Made by a program: the position numbers and the translations under genes. Under the pieces are notes generated by a model. It saw only the letters and a list, made by a program, of their open reading frames with translations, made no database searches and was not told the origin of the DNA. Below, one piece after another: positions 19,808 through 29,813 of a DNA stretch of 64,000 bases (positions are counted from its first letter, which is position 1; the number at the start of each line of letters is the position of its first letter). Location: assembly GCA_963674865.2 (NCBI GenBank), contig CAXXYE010000010.1, forward strand, positions 41,076-105,075, read 5' to 3'. Source of the stretch: Candidatus Hydrogenedentota bacterium. Lineage in GTDB: Bacteria; Hydrogenedentota; Hydrogenedentia; Hydrogenedentales; SLHB01.

Positions 19808-20653
19808 ATGAGATCAGGCTACAAAGGCATTCTCCCGTGGGTCGCTATACTGGCAATGGGCGCGCCTTGGGTGGCCGCGGAGGAGTTCACGGCCACGGTG
19901 GTGCGGGTGATCGACGGCAACACGCTGGATGTGCAGCGGGAAGAGGACGAGACGGTTCAGATACGACTGTTTGGGGTGGATTGCCCCAATATCGACCAGT
20001 CTTTTGGCGCACGCGCCCAGCAATTCACATCCAGTCTGGTGTTCCAGAAAGAGGTTACTGTGGTCATCGTTGAGGCCGGGCCGGACGGTGCCCTGCAAGC
20101 CAAAGTGCTCCGCGCAAGCGGAAGCCAATTGGCGGAGTTGCTGCTTCGGGCAGGCCTCGCGTGGTGCACAACGGCCAGCAAAGACGACGATGCGCTCCTC
20201 GCTTTGCAGAAAGAGGCCCAGGCAAAGCGTCGAGGCCTTTGGTCCGACCCTCAAGCGGCCGTCGCGCTCAAACTTGCCCCGCCCGTGAGTATAGTGGACG
20301 ACTCGCCCGTTGTGCAGGACGAAGATGAGGATGGCGAAACCATCATCATCAAGGGCAGCAAGCCGCAATCCCATTACTACTACCCGACCTACGCGGCCCC
20401 GGGCGGCAAGTCCGGCGCCGACGACCAAAGCCGGCGGCGGACTCTCCCGCACGGAAAGGCCAAGGCGGTAGATGAGCGCGAGGGATATCGCAAGCCACCG
20501 CCTGGCGCGACCTCGCCGTACAAAAGGGAGACTCCCAAGTACTACAGGCCCCCCGGCTATCGCACGGATCCCCGCTACGACGTTCAACGTCGGAATCTGC
20601 CGTATCGCTACGGGCCTAGGTACAACTATCCGTACAGCTATTCCTATCCTTAG
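19808..20653 (+). CDS. secreted staphylococcal-nuclease (SNase/thermonuclease) domain protein with a Tyr/Pro/Arg-rich tail
   Basis: A signal peptide is followed by VIDGNTLDV ... IRLFGVDCPN ... KRRGLWSD. The C-terminal roughly 100 aa are low complexity (YYYPTY ... PRYNYPYSYSYP). Confidence 0.8.
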   Translation: MRSGYKGILPWVAILAMGAPWVAAEEFTATVVRVIDGNTLDVQREEDETVQIRLFGVDCPNIDQSFGARAQQFTSSLVFQKEVTVVIVEAGPDGALQAKVLRASGSQLAELLLRAGLAWCTTASKDDDALLALQKEAQAKRRGLWSDPQAAVALKLAPPVSIVDDSPVVQDEDEDGETIIIKGSKPQSHYYYPTYAAPGGKSGADDQSRRRTLPHGKAKAVDEREGYRKPPPGATSPYKRETPKYYRPPGYRTDPRYDVQRRNLPYRYGPRYNYPYSYSYP

Positions 20654-20741
20654 TCCGATGAACGGGCCGCTTCATGAACCGTGGAGGCCGGGCACAGTCC
20701 TCGTCTGCAGGAACCGGACACGCACCTGAAGGACTCGGAGG

Positions 20742-21473
20742 TTGAAGCAAGACGAATACCGGCTCATGCGGGAGGTGGAGGACGGCCACTGGTGGTACCG
20801 GGGATTGCGAGGTATCTTCAGCGATTCCCAACGCCGTTGGGGGGCGGCGGAGGGGGCGCGTGTCATCGATGTCGGGTGTGGCACGGGCGCTGTCCTGAGC
20901 AGCCTGTCCTTGCCGCAGGGATTCGGGCTAGACCTTTCCGTTGAGGCGGTTTCCCTATGCCGGGCGAGGGGGCTCTCGACGTGCGTGGCCGCATCGGCGC
21001 TGGCCCTGCCGTTTCCAGACGAGTCCTTCGATATGGGCGTGTCCTTCGATGTACTGCCTCATAAATCAATTCCCGAGAAGGAGTTGCCGCTGCGCGAGAT
21101 CCGCCGAGTGCTGAGGCCCGAGGGAGTGCTCTTCCTGAACGTGCCGGCGTATCAGTGGCTTTGGTCTTCTCACGATGCCGCGGTTCACCAAGATCGCCGC
21201 TTCACGAAGCGAGAGATCCTGGGCCGGCTCGACGCCTGCGGATTTCAGCCTCTGTGGGCAACATACTGGAATACGCTGCTTTTTCCTCCGATGGCGGCGG
21301 CGCGAGTCTGGCGAAGGATTCGTCCCCCGTCGGGATCGGACTTCACTGCCGCATCGGGGCGGCGCTTCTCCCGCGTGCTCAGTGCTTTACTCGGCCTTGA
21401 GCGGACGCTTCTCCGACGATTCCCGCTACCCTTTGGACTGTCTGTATTCGCCGTAGCGCGCAAGAGGGGATGA
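20742..21473 (+). CDS. class I SAM-dependent methyltransferase
   Basis: DGHWWYRG, VIDVGCGTG and RVLRPEGVLFLNVP are present. The start is uncertain (TTG 20742 or ATG 20766). Confidence 0.75.
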   Translation: MKQDEYRLMREVEDGHWWYRGLRGIFSDSQRRWGAAEGARVIDVGCGTGAVLSSLSLPQGFGLDLSVEAVSLCRARGLSTCVAASALALPFPDESFDMGVSFDVLPHKSIPEKELPLREIRRVLRPEGVLFLNVPAYQWLWSSHDAAVHQDRRFTKREILGRLDACGFQPLWATYWNTLLFPPMAAARVWRRIRPPSGSDFTAASGRRFSRVLSALLGLERTLLRRFPLPFGLSVFAVARKRG

Positions 21474-21646
21474 GCCTCACACTCGTCTCCGGATAGCTCG
21501 CTGGCGTCGCGCACAAGGCGTCGGCAAACGACTTCGCTCCCCGGTGGTTGTTGTCCGGCGGATGGCTTTCCTGATATGGCCAACGCGCTTTTCTATAAGA
21601 GTCTGGGCTGCGGCACTTCTGTCAATCCGGCTACCGGGTGTTCCCG

Positions 21647-23542
21647 TCAGCTTTGCGCGTGTTGGTCTTTGTATTGGAGCTGATAGAGCGTGTAATAGAG
21701 GCCGCGGCGTGCCAGAAGCTCCTGGTGCGAGCCCACTTCGCGGATTTCCCCGTGGTGGAGCACGATGATGCGGTCGGCGTTTTGCACAGTCGACAACCGA
21801 TGGGCGATCACGATGCTCGTGCGGCCCTCCATCAGACGGCCGACCGCCTCCTGAATGAGATACTCGGTTTCGGTATCCACGCTTGAGGTGGCTTCATCGA
21901 GCACGAGGATCTTCGGATCATGCGCCAGAACTCGCGCAAAAGCCAACAATTGCCGCTGCCCCATGGACAAATTGCAGCCACGCTCTCCCACATCGTAGTC
22001 GTATCCGCCGGGCAGTCGATGCACGAAGGCGGCTACATTGGCGTGCTCGGCGCAGGCGAGGATCCTGTCCTCCCCGAGTCCCTCATTTCCGAGGGATATG
22101 TTTTCGCGGATGGAACCGGAGAAGAGGAACACATCCTGGAGCACAATGCCTATCTGGGTCCTGAGCGAGACTTTCTCGTAGTCGCATACATCGATCCCAT
22201 CCACGAGAACGCATCCGCGCTGTGCGTCATAGAAGCGGCTCAATAAGCTGGCAAGAGTCGTCTTTCCCGCTCCCGTGTAGCCGACAATGGCGACGCGCTC
22301 GCCCGGTGCGATATCCAGGTCGAGTCCTTTCACGATCCATTGTCCCGGCTCGTAGGCGAACCAGACACCCTCAAAGGCCACCGCGCCCCGGATGTTCTTG
22401 CAGGCGATGGCGTCGTCCTTGTTGGAGATGTCCTCGGGTGTATCCAGTAGTTTGAAAATGCGCTCGGATGATGCCATGGCCTCGAGGAGTAGGTTGTAAC
22501 GGTCGGCCAAGGCGCGGATGGGGGAGAAGAGCCGCTCTGCCCACTGCACAAAGGCAAAGAGCACGCCGACGGACGCGTAGCCTCCAACAATCGACTGCTT
22601 CGCCAGTATCTCGAGCCCGCCGTAGTAGACAATCAGGGCGACAGAGAGCGCGCCAAGGAAGTCAATGACGGGGAAATAAAGCGCGTAGTTTCTGACTTGG
22701 CGGAACCATTCGTCCCGGTGCTCCACATTGCGTGCGCGGAAGGCTTCGTAGTTGCGGTCTTCTCGGCCAAATATCTGCACTTCCCGCATGCCGGTGACGT
22801 TCTCCTGCATGTAGGCGTTGAGGCGGGCTATCTTCTGGCGAATGGCCAGGTAAGAGCGCCGGGCGTGCTTGCGGAATACCAGGCTCGTGATGAGCACGAA
22901 GGGCAATGTGGCAAGTGTGACGAGAGATAAGCGCCAATCGGTCCAGAGCATGAACGCCAAGACAATGAAGAGCGTGCAGATGTCACTAATGGCGCGTACG
23001 ACACCTTCTACAATGGTTTGCTGCACCTTCTCCACATCGTTGGTGACGCGGGTCATGAGCCGCCCGAGTGGGTGGCGGTCGAGAAATTGCAGCGAGAGCT
23101 TCTGAAGGTGAGCGAAGACGGCCATACGCATGTCGAACATCGTTCGCTGCCCAACCACGGCCACGATGAGCATGTGCCCGTAGCGGATGAAACCTTCAGC
23201 GAGCAATAGTCCGGCCATGATAAGGACAAGCGTGAGTAGGCCCTGCTCGTCGCCTTTGGCGCGTTCGTCGAGTATCTGAACGGTCTCGGGCGAGCTGTCG
23301 GAGCCCGCTTCCGTCAAACGTTGCTGGAGCAGAATACGCTCCGAATCGGCAATGTAGGAGTCAATGGCTCGCATCGTGAGCAGAGGTACAAGATTGCTCA
23401 AGGCGGCTGCGGCGAGAAGCAAGAGCGTAGCCAGCCCCATGAGTCTGCGATAGGGGTGGACGAAGACGAGCAGACGCTTCATCAGACGGCTGTCGTATGC
23501 TTTTTGGTGGACCTCGTCGTCGATGTAGTAGTTGCCGGACAC
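21647..23542 (-). CDS. ABC exporter, fused permease/ATPase (type I, MsbA/MdlB-like half-transporter)
   Basis: Six TM segments are followed by Walker A GYTGAGKTT, signature LSMGQRQ and Walker B ILVLDEATS. The GTG start overlaps the upstream stop. Confidence 0.9.
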   Translation of the reverse strand: MSGNYYIDDEVHQKAYDSRLMKRLLVFVHPYRRLMGLATLLLLAAAALSNLVPLLTMRAIDSYIADSERILLQQRLTEAGSDSSPETVQILDERAKGDEQGLLTLVLIMAGLLLAEGFIRYGHMLIVAVVGQRTMFDMRMAVFAHLQKLSLQFLDRHPLGRLMTRVTNDVEKVQQTIVEGVVRAISDICTLFIVLAFMLWTDWRLSLVTLATLPFVLITSLVFRKHARRSYLAIRQKIARLNAYMQENVTGMREVQIFGREDRNYEAFRARNVEHRDEWFRQVRNYALYFPVIDFLGALSVALIVYYGGLEILAKQSIVGGYASVGVLFAFVQWAERLFSPIRALADRYNLLLEAMASSERIFKLLDTPEDISNKDDAIACKNIRGAVAFEGVWFAYEPGQWIVKGLDLDIAPGERVAIVGYTGAGKTTLASLLSRFYDAQRGCVLVDGIDVCDYEKVSLRTQIGIVLQDVFLFSGSIRENISLGNEGLGEDRILACAEHANVAAFVHRLPGGYDYDVGERGCNLSMGQRQLLAFARVLAHDPKILVLDEATSSVDTETEYLIQEAVGRLMEGRTSIVIAHRLSTVQNADRIIVLHHGEIREVGSHQELLARRGLYYTLYQLQYKDQHAQS

Positions 23543-25317
23543 TAGGCTTGTTCCAGGTCTTCTTCCAGGCGCTGGCGCTGGTAAATACGCGTGTAGAGGC
23601 CCCGGCGCTCGAGAAGTTCGTTATGGCAGCCCCGGTCGACAATCTTGCCGGCCTCGATGACAAGGATGAGATCGGCGTGCTGTACGGCGGCAATTCGGTG
23701 GGAAATGACGATACTCGTGCGGCTAGCCATGACTTCCTTAAGCCGACGTAGAATACGCTCCTCAGTATGCGCATCCACACTCGAAAGGGCGTCGTCCAAT
23801 ACGAGAATCCGCGGATCACAAAGCAGGGCTCTGGCGATAGCGAGCCGTTGCTTCTGGCCTCCAGAGAGGTTTACGCCGCGCTCGCCGAGGATAGTGTGAT
23901 AACCTTCCGGCATGGAGGCCACCGTCTCGGCGAATTGGGCGATTTCGCACGCGTGGGCCACTTCGTCCGGATGGGCGTCCGGACGCCCGAATGTCACGTT
24001 GCCCAATATTGTATCCGAGAAGAGAAAGGTTTCCTGTGGCACGTAGCCAATCGCACGGCGGAGAATGCGTATGGGGATCTCGCGGGCGTCTACGCCATCA
24101 ATCAGCACGCGCCCGGAGGTGGGATCGAACTCGCGCGTGATCAAGGAGACGATGGATGTCTTGCCCGCGCCGGCAGGTCCAACGACGGCCATGGTATGGC
24201 CCGCATCGAGCTCGAAATCCACGTCCTCAAGTACGGATGCGACGCCGTGGGCAAGAGAGACGTGCTCGAAGCGGATGCCGCCATTCAGGCAGGCGATGTC
24301 GTGTCGTGTGCCCTCATGATCCCGGATGGCTGGGACCTCAGCGAAAACCTCCAACATGCGGCCCATGGAAACCGAGGCCCGCTGATAGACGGAGAGAATC
24401 CATCCGAACTGCGCGAGCGGCCATGTCAGCATCATGAGCAGAACCAGGAAACAGGAAAAATCGCTCAGGAGTAGGGCGCCGCGGATAACCATGAGCCCGC
24501 CGCGCCACACGGCGATGAGCATCGTGAGCCCCATGAGCCCCATGATGATGGGCCATCCCAATGATAGTACTGTGGCCAGACGGATGCTTTCACGCATGTA
24601 CTTGGCGGAACGCTCGCGAAAATCTCGCAATTCTCGTTCAGCAATGCCATAGGCCTTGACGACGCGGGCGCCGGCCAGGTTCTCCTGTGCTCGGGATGTG
24701 ACGGCGGCGAACTCCTCCTGCACGATCTTGGATCTACGGTGCATCTGCATGACGAAGTAGTAGACGGCCAGGGACATGGCCGGCAAAGGAAGCAGCGCGA
24801 ACAGCGTGAGTTGCGGACTTAGGCTTAGCATCAGGCCCAGAGCGACAGGTAGGCGTATGGCGTCGACGCTTCCCATGATTCCGGGGCCGATGAGCATGCG
24901 CACGTAATTAAGGTCATTGGAGGCGCGGGCCATGATATCGCCGGTCTTGGTGCGGTGATAGAACTCGGGCGAAAGCCGCTGGATATGCTCGAAGTAATCG
25001 TTGCGAAGGTCGTACTCGAACTTCCTCGAGGCACGGATCATCCAGGTGCGCTGCCAGTACCGCGCCAGTCCGGTAACAGCTGCGATGCCCAACAACAGCA
25101 GGAAGTAGTGGAGCAGGAGCGCGTGGGTCATCGTCTGATTCTCGAACCGGGCAACGGCGGCGCGGATCACGAATGGGACCGCGAGCCCGATGCCCACGAA
25201 TCCTGCGGCGAGCAGTGCTCCGCCAAGATAGGAGCGCCAATAAGGGGTGTTGTAACGAAGCAGAGTCAGAAAAGGTTTGCCGGGAACGGCCTTCGGATGG
25301 TGAGTATGTACGTTCAC
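23542..25317 (-). CDS. ABC exporter, fused permease/ATPase (partner half-transporter)
   Basis: GPAGAGKTS, LSGGQKQR and ILVLDDALS are present. The GTG start overlaps the kinase stop as GTGA. Confidence 0.9.
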   Translation of the reverse strand: MNVHTHHPKAVPGKPFLTLLRYNTPYWRSYLGGALLAAGFVGIGLAVPFVIRAAVARFENQTMTHALLLHYFLLLLGIAAVTGLARYWQRTWMIRASRKFEYDLRNDYFEHIQRLSPEFYHRTKTGDIMARASNDLNYVRMLIGPGIMGSVDAIRLPVALGLMLSLSPQLTLFALLPLPAMSLAVYYFVMQMHRRSKIVQEEFAAVTSRAQENLAGARVVKAYGIAERELRDFRERSAKYMRESIRLATVLSLGWPIIMGLMGLTMLIAVWRGGLMVIRGALLLSDFSCFLVLLMMLTWPLAQFGWILSVYQRASVSMGRMLEVFAEVPAIRDHEGTRHDIACLNGGIRFEHVSLAHGVASVLEDVDFELDAGHTMAVVGPAGAGKTSIVSLITREFDPTSGRVLIDGVDAREIPIRILRRAIGYVPQETFLFSDTILGNVTFGRPDAHPDEVAHACEIAQFAETVASMPEGYHTILGERGVNLSGGQKQRLAIARALLCDPRILVLDDALSSVDAHTEERILRRLKEVMASRTSIVISHRIAAVQHADLILVIEAGKIVDRGCHNELLERRGLYTRIYQRQRLEEDLEQA

Positions 25318-28300
25318 ACTTCTTTTGTCGCGTGGAAGAGGCCAAGATTCTGGATGACGTCGGCCAAATCCTCAGCCCGAAAAGGCTTGAGCAGGTAGCC
25401 GTCGATGGCGGTGTCCTTGGCACGGGCCAACGCCTGGTCGACGGGCTTGGCCGTCACCATGTAGACCTTAATCCCGGCCAGCGTGGGATTGGTCTTGATC
25501 CTGCGGCATGTCTCCCATCCATCCATACCGGGCATGGCGATATCGAGAAGAACAAGCCCGTATTCAAGGGTGCGAACACGTTCGAGGCATGTCTCGCCTG
25601 AGACGCAGCAATCGGCCTCGTATCCCTCGGCCTCAAGACATCGCGTCATGAAGGCAAGCACTTCGGGATCATCGTCGACGCACAGAATCTTGCCGCCAAG
25701 CGCGCCGGGAACCTCCGCACCTTGATTAAGTGCCCGGCTAATCCCGCTCAGAAGACTGCTCTTGCGGAAATCGCGCTTCACCCGGGCCGCGACGCGCCGC
25801 TGGAGACGCTCATACAGGTCGTCATCGTTTGTGATCATGATCGCGGGAAGTGCGCCAGCCGCCGACGCCGCAAAGAGATCGTCCAGCACTTCCGGAACGT
25901 CGCCAGTTGCCTCCATATCGACAATGACGCAATCGGGACGGTATTTCTGCGCAAGGGCCACGGCATTGTCCGTGTTTGTCGCGTGAATGACATCCATTCC
26001 TTCCGACACCAATAGCTGGCGAACCTGGCCGCTCAACGCGCGGTCCTGTGTGAGCAACTCGACCAGCAGGTGAGTTTCTGTAGGAAGCGGCAACTCCACC
26101 ACTTCGCTGGATGGCTCGGCCACAACAGGTCGCGTCTGCAGCGAGAAGCGGAAGACACTTCCTTGGCCCACCTCGCTGCTCACAGTGATCCGGCTGCCGT
26201 GAAGACGCGCAATATCCTGAGCAATGGAAAGGCCGATGCCAGTGCCGCCATACTTCCGTGTGGACGAGCTGTCATATTGATAGAAACGTGTGAAGATCTT
26301 GTCCAAGGCTTCGGGCGGAATGCCTATCCCGGTATCGGTGACGCCCACATCGACGGCGTTCTCATTGCGCTTGATCTCGACTGTGACTGTGCCCTCATTG
26401 TGATTGAACTTGACGGCATTGGAAAGGAGATTGATGAAGATCTGGCCCATCTTCCCACGGTCGCCGTCGACCAGCACCGGCTCGGGCGGGGCGATGAGAC
26501 GGAGATCGATTTGGCGGCTGTCGGCCACAGGCTGGACGATCTGCATGCCGCTCTTGGCGCAGTCGACCAGGTCGAAGGTGTCGAACACCAGTTTCTCGGC
26601 GCCCCGGTGCAGTCTGGAGAAATCGAGAAGGTTCTCGATGAGCGTAACGAGTTTCTCAGTGTTTCTCAGGCTGATACCGAGGTACTCTTTCTGAACATCG
26701 CTGATGGGGCCGGCCTTTTCGTTCAGAATCATGTCGGTATAGCCCATCACGGAGACGAGCGGCGTGCGCAGCTCGTGGGATACGTTCGACAGGAGATTCG
26801 TCTTCATCTCGTCGAGCGTCTTCAATTCCTCGTTGGCCTTGTGCAGTTCCTCCCGTGCGCGCGTTACTTCCTCGAGTGACACCTGGAGGTTCTCAAGAAG
26901 CTGCGCGTTCCGAATGGCGACAGCCACATGAGGAGCCACCTGCTCAAGGACCTCGACGTCATGTTTTGAGAGGGCCCTGGGGAGATTTGCCCCGAGGTTC
27001 AGCGTGCCGATGATGCGTCCCGTGGCATACAGTGGGACACAGATGCAACTTCTGGTCTGCTCGGGAAACTGATCGGCGTAGGGCGAGTCGTTCTTTCGGA
27101 GGTCGTCGACTACGAGGCATTTATTTTCTTGGGCGACCCACGCGGCGCAGGAGGCGCTGGAATCGAGGTGATACGTGTAGCCCGGATAGACTTCGTGCTC
27201 GGGCCACAACTGACGGGCACCGAAACCTCCCGTAGACTCGTCCAGCAGGGCGAGAGCGGCATAGTCGAAGGCTACCAGCGTCTTGATCTCGGCAACGAGA
27301 CTTTCGTAGAGGCGGCCGGCCTCGAGGCTGGAGTTGATAACATTGGCGATTTGATTAATGGCGCTAATGCGCTCTGAACGCTCCCTGGCTTCCTGCTCAA
27401 GATGGACGCTCTTCGTCACATCACGGAAGATGGCCTCAGTGCCGACGAACCGGCCATCGTCGTCATAGACCTGGTTCCCGGAAAGCTCCACGCAGATGGT
27501 GCGTCCGTCCTGGCGTTTCATCCAGACGCGCGAACGCTCGATAAACCCGTTGGCCTTCAGCTCACTGGTAATCCGAGCGAAATCGATTTCTTCGAGGAAG
27601 AACTCCTTGAGCGTTTTGCCGATGACCTCGGAGGTCTTGGCGAATCCGAAGCAGTCCAAGCCGGCCTGGTTCAGGAAGGTTACGACACCCTCGGCGTCGG
27701 TTTGGCAGATGCCGTCACGCATCGAAGTCACCAGGCTGCGGTATTTCTCCTCCGACTCCTCAAGCTGCTTGATGTTGCGGCTCAGCGCGAGGGCCATCTT
27801 GTTGAAAGACGAGGCAAGCTCCTCGATTTCGTCGCCTGTATCAATGATGAGTTTCAGGTCGAGATCACCTTGGCGGATGATCTGGGCGCCTTCATTCACC
27901 AGGAGGATGTGTCGGACGATGTTGTTGTGAACGTTGCGATAGGCGTTCACGCAAAGGCAGGCGATCAGAAACAGACAGAACGCCACCGCAAGCAGGGCGC
28001 CGCGGTTGATGCTCGTGAAGACGATAGAGGCCGGGCGGTAGACCACGAGATATACATCCTCCCCCGGGAAGAGGCGTTCATAGGCCAGAAACGCATCGAA
28101 AGAACGGCCGCGAGTCTCGTAGTTGAAGAATCGCAGTGTCCCGTTCGCAGCGGTGCGAGGGTCGCGAAAGGCTGTCACCAGGCCCGGAAAGGTGGATTCA
28201 GACACGAGGGCTGGGATATTCGCCGGAGCCCGCGTGTCAAGATACGTCGTCACCATGCCGCCGACGCCTGGGCCGGCAAACACCATCTGGTACACATCGC

Positions 28301-28946
28301 CCGGGGCGTGTTTTCGCATCTCGTCCGCCCCGAAACCGAGCGCATATCTCAACAGGGAATCCACGCGCGATATCTCGACGACGTGGCCTACAACAACGTC
28401 GGTACCGGGCGCACGCACCGGCGCGGCGACACGGACCTCATACCGTTCACCCTCAGCGCGGCAACTGAACTGGAAATAGCCTTTGTAGGTGAGGGCCTCA
28501 ACCCAAGCGGGGTCATTGAGTTGGGCATCAACGCGATCGGTGCCCAGAATGAGTCTGCCCTGAGCGTTATACAGGGCGAACGTACTCTGGCCGTCTTCAG
28601 CGCTTTTTGCCACGCCTTGCAGGCGGGCTTGAAGGGCCTCCAGTGTCCGGCCCACCGACGAGACAGCCGTCTCGTCCGCATTGTCTGCCGGAGCCAAAGC
28701 GGCGATGACGTCGGGATCCGCAGCGAGGCTTGCGATGGTGCGCAAGCGTGAGTTCGCAGCGAGGCGCAGCCCGGTGACGGTTTTTTGCGTTGCAGTGGCG
28801 AGCGTCTGCTCGACGGCCCTGCCTTGTCCGAACCTGACGCCCAGATAGCCGACGATGAGCGCAAACGCCACCGGGAGAATGCCTACCCAGAGAATCGATC
28901 TCAGGATCTTGCGTTCGATGCCGCCTCGGGGCGTCTTCACGGGCAT
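25314..28946 (-). CDS. hybrid sensor histidine kinase (periplasmic sensor-TM-HAMP-PAS-GAF-HisKA-HATPase-pseudoREC-REC)
   Basis: The H-box is SHELRTPL and the G2 box is GTGIGLSIAQ. A PAS segment (MRDGICQTDAEG) and a GAF segment are present. The C-terminal receiver reads KILCVDDDPE ... LLDIAMPGMDG ... TAKP. Confidence 0.9.
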   Translation of the reverse strand: MPVKTPRGGIERKILRSILWVGILPVAFALIVGYLGVRFGQGRAVEQTLATATQKTVTGLRLAANSRLRTIASLAADPDVIAALAPADNADETAVSSVGRTLEALQARLQGVAKSAEDGQSTFALYNAQGRLILGTDRVDAQLNDPAWVEALTYKGYFQFSCRAEGERYEVRVAAPVRAPGTDVVVGHVVEISRVDSLLRYALGFGADEMRKHAPGDVYQMVFAGPGVGGMVTTYLDTRAPANIPALVSESTFPGLVTAFRDPRTAANGTLRFFNYETRGRSFDAFLAYERLFPGEDVYLVVYRPASIVFTSINRGALLAVAFCLFLIACLCVNAYRNVHNNIVRHILLVNEGAQIIRQGDLDLKLIIDTGDEIEELASSFNKMALALSRNIKQLEESEEKYRSLVTSMRDGICQTDAEGVVTFLNQAGLDCFGFAKTSEVIGKTLKEFFLEEIDFARITSELKANGFIERSRVWMKRQDGRTICVELSGNQVYDDDGRFVGTEAIFRDVTKSVHLEQEARERSERISAINQIANVINSSLEAGRLYESLVAEIKTLVAFDYAALALLDESTGGFGARQLWPEHEVYPGYTYHLDSSASCAAWVAQENKCLVVDDLRKNDSPYADQFPEQTRSCICVPLYATGRIIGTLNLGANLPRALSKHDVEVLEQVAPHVAVAIRNAQLLENLQVSLEEVTRAREELHKANEELKTLDEMKTNLLSNVSHELRTPLVSVMGYTDMILNEKAGPISDVQKEYLGISLRNTEKLVTLIENLLDFSRLHRGAEKLVFDTFDLVDCAKSGMQIVQPVADSRQIDLRLIAPPEPVLVDGDRGKMGQIFINLLSNAVKFNHNEGTVTVEIKRNENAVDVGVTDTGIGIPPEALDKIFTRFYQYDSSSTRKYGGTGIGLSIAQDIARLHGSRITVSSEVGQGSVFRFSLQTRPVVAEPSSEVVELPLPTETHLLVELLTQDRALSGQVRQLLVSEGMDVIHATNTDNAVALAQKYRPDCVIVDMEATGDVPEVLDDLFAASAAGALPAIMITNDDDLYERLQRRVAARVKRDFRKSSLLSGISRALNQGAEVPGALGGKILCVDDDPEVLAFMTRCLEAEGYEADCCVSGETCLERVRTLEYGLVLLDIAMPGMDGWETCRRIKTNPTLAGIKVYMVTAKPVDQALARAKDTAIDGYLLKPFRAEDLADVIQNLGLFHATKEV

Positions 28947-28964
28947 AGCAACCAGGAGACGAGT

Positions 28965-29549
28965 CTACTCGACAACTCGCCCTTTCCCAATGAGTTCGCG
29001 GACTTTCTCAAGGAGTTGCTCGACTTTGAACGGCTTGGCCAGGTATTCGTCCGCCCCGCACTCGAAAATGCGCTGGATGTCCTGCTCTTTGGTAAGGCAG
29101 GTAACAGCCATGATGGGCGTACTGCGCGTAAGCTCGTTTTCCCGCAACGCCTTGCAGACCTCGAACCCGTTGATCTCCGGCATCAGAAAGTCCAGCAGGA
29201 TGAGATCGGGCGACAACTGCGCCGCCTTCAAACCGACCTCCGTGGCATTACTGACCTTGATAAGCTCCAGCCCTTCATCCGTAAGGATGTTTTCCATCAG
29301 GGCCAGGGCATCCGGGTCATCGTCCACGATCATCACGCGCTTCTTGGCCGAGCCCTTATCGCGCGGAAACATATCATACTCCTCGCGAAAATGGTCGAGA
29401 TCCTCTTCCAGAATGCGATAGTGCCCGCCGGGCGTCCTTGAAGCTTTGATGAGCCCCTGCTTAATCCAGTTCTTGATGCTGTGATGAGTAACGTGGCAGA
29501 TCTTTGCTGCCTCAAACGTCGTGTAAGCCTTCTGTTCTCGCTCGCTCAC
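28965..29549 (-). CDS. response regulator with reversed architecture: N-terminal excisionase/MerR-type HTH, C-terminal receiver
   Basis: TTFEAAKICHVTHHSIKNWIKQGLI ... GGHYRI (HTH_17-like) is followed by VMIVDDDPD ... LLDFLMPEINGFE ... YLAKPF. The start is GTG, with GGAGG 9 nt upstream. Confidence 0.8.
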   Translation of the reverse strand: MSEREQKAYTTFEAAKICHVTHHSIKNWIKQGLIKASRTPGGHYRILEEDLDHFREEYDMFPRDKGSAKKRVMIVDDDPDALALMENILTDEGLELIKVSNATEVGLKAAQLSPDLILLDFLMPEINGFEVCKALRENELTRSTPIMAVTCLTKEQDIQRIFECGADEYLAKPFKVEQLLEKVRELIGKGRVVE

Positions 29550-29660
29550 GGATCAGAGCCTCCTGAAGTAAAGAACCAAGCCGCCCGCGCCCAATAGTGT
29601 GGCCACCGCAAACCACCTAACGCACGGCTACAATTCGCAGAAATATCAGATTTTAGAAAA

Positions 29661-29690
29661 ATTATACCCGCCATAATGAAGTCTTGTCAA
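29661..29690 (-). promoter_or_regulatory. near-consensus sigma70-type promoter, TTGACA-18-TATAAT
   Basis: On the minus strand the -35 hexamer is at 29690..29685 and the -10 hexamer at 29666..29661, in an AT-rich island about 110 nt upstream of the HTH-REC start. Confidence 0.55.
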
Positions 29691-29813
29691 CTATTGCGCG
29701 ACGATAATCGCTCTTTTCTCCTTTCCGCGTTCTCCTGGCTACACTCCATGCTCGCTGCGGGGCTGTAGGTATCTGGGCGGCGTCGAACACTGCCGCTCTT
29801 CACGCCTTTTCTA

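Noticed and set aside
27402-28751. A long + strand ORF of 449 aa. Similar ones are 33014..34051 (345 aa), 51482..52642 (386 aa), 54660..55730 (356 aa), 47549..48418 on the minus strand (289 aa), 26070..26879 and 41354..42199.
   Set aside because: All lie antisense to genes with unmistakable family motifs (histidine kinase, pgi, dnaE2, REC-GGDEF, pilQ, HtrA). Their translations are Arg/Gly/Pro/His-rich with no motifs. These are typical shadow ORFs of high-GC DNA.
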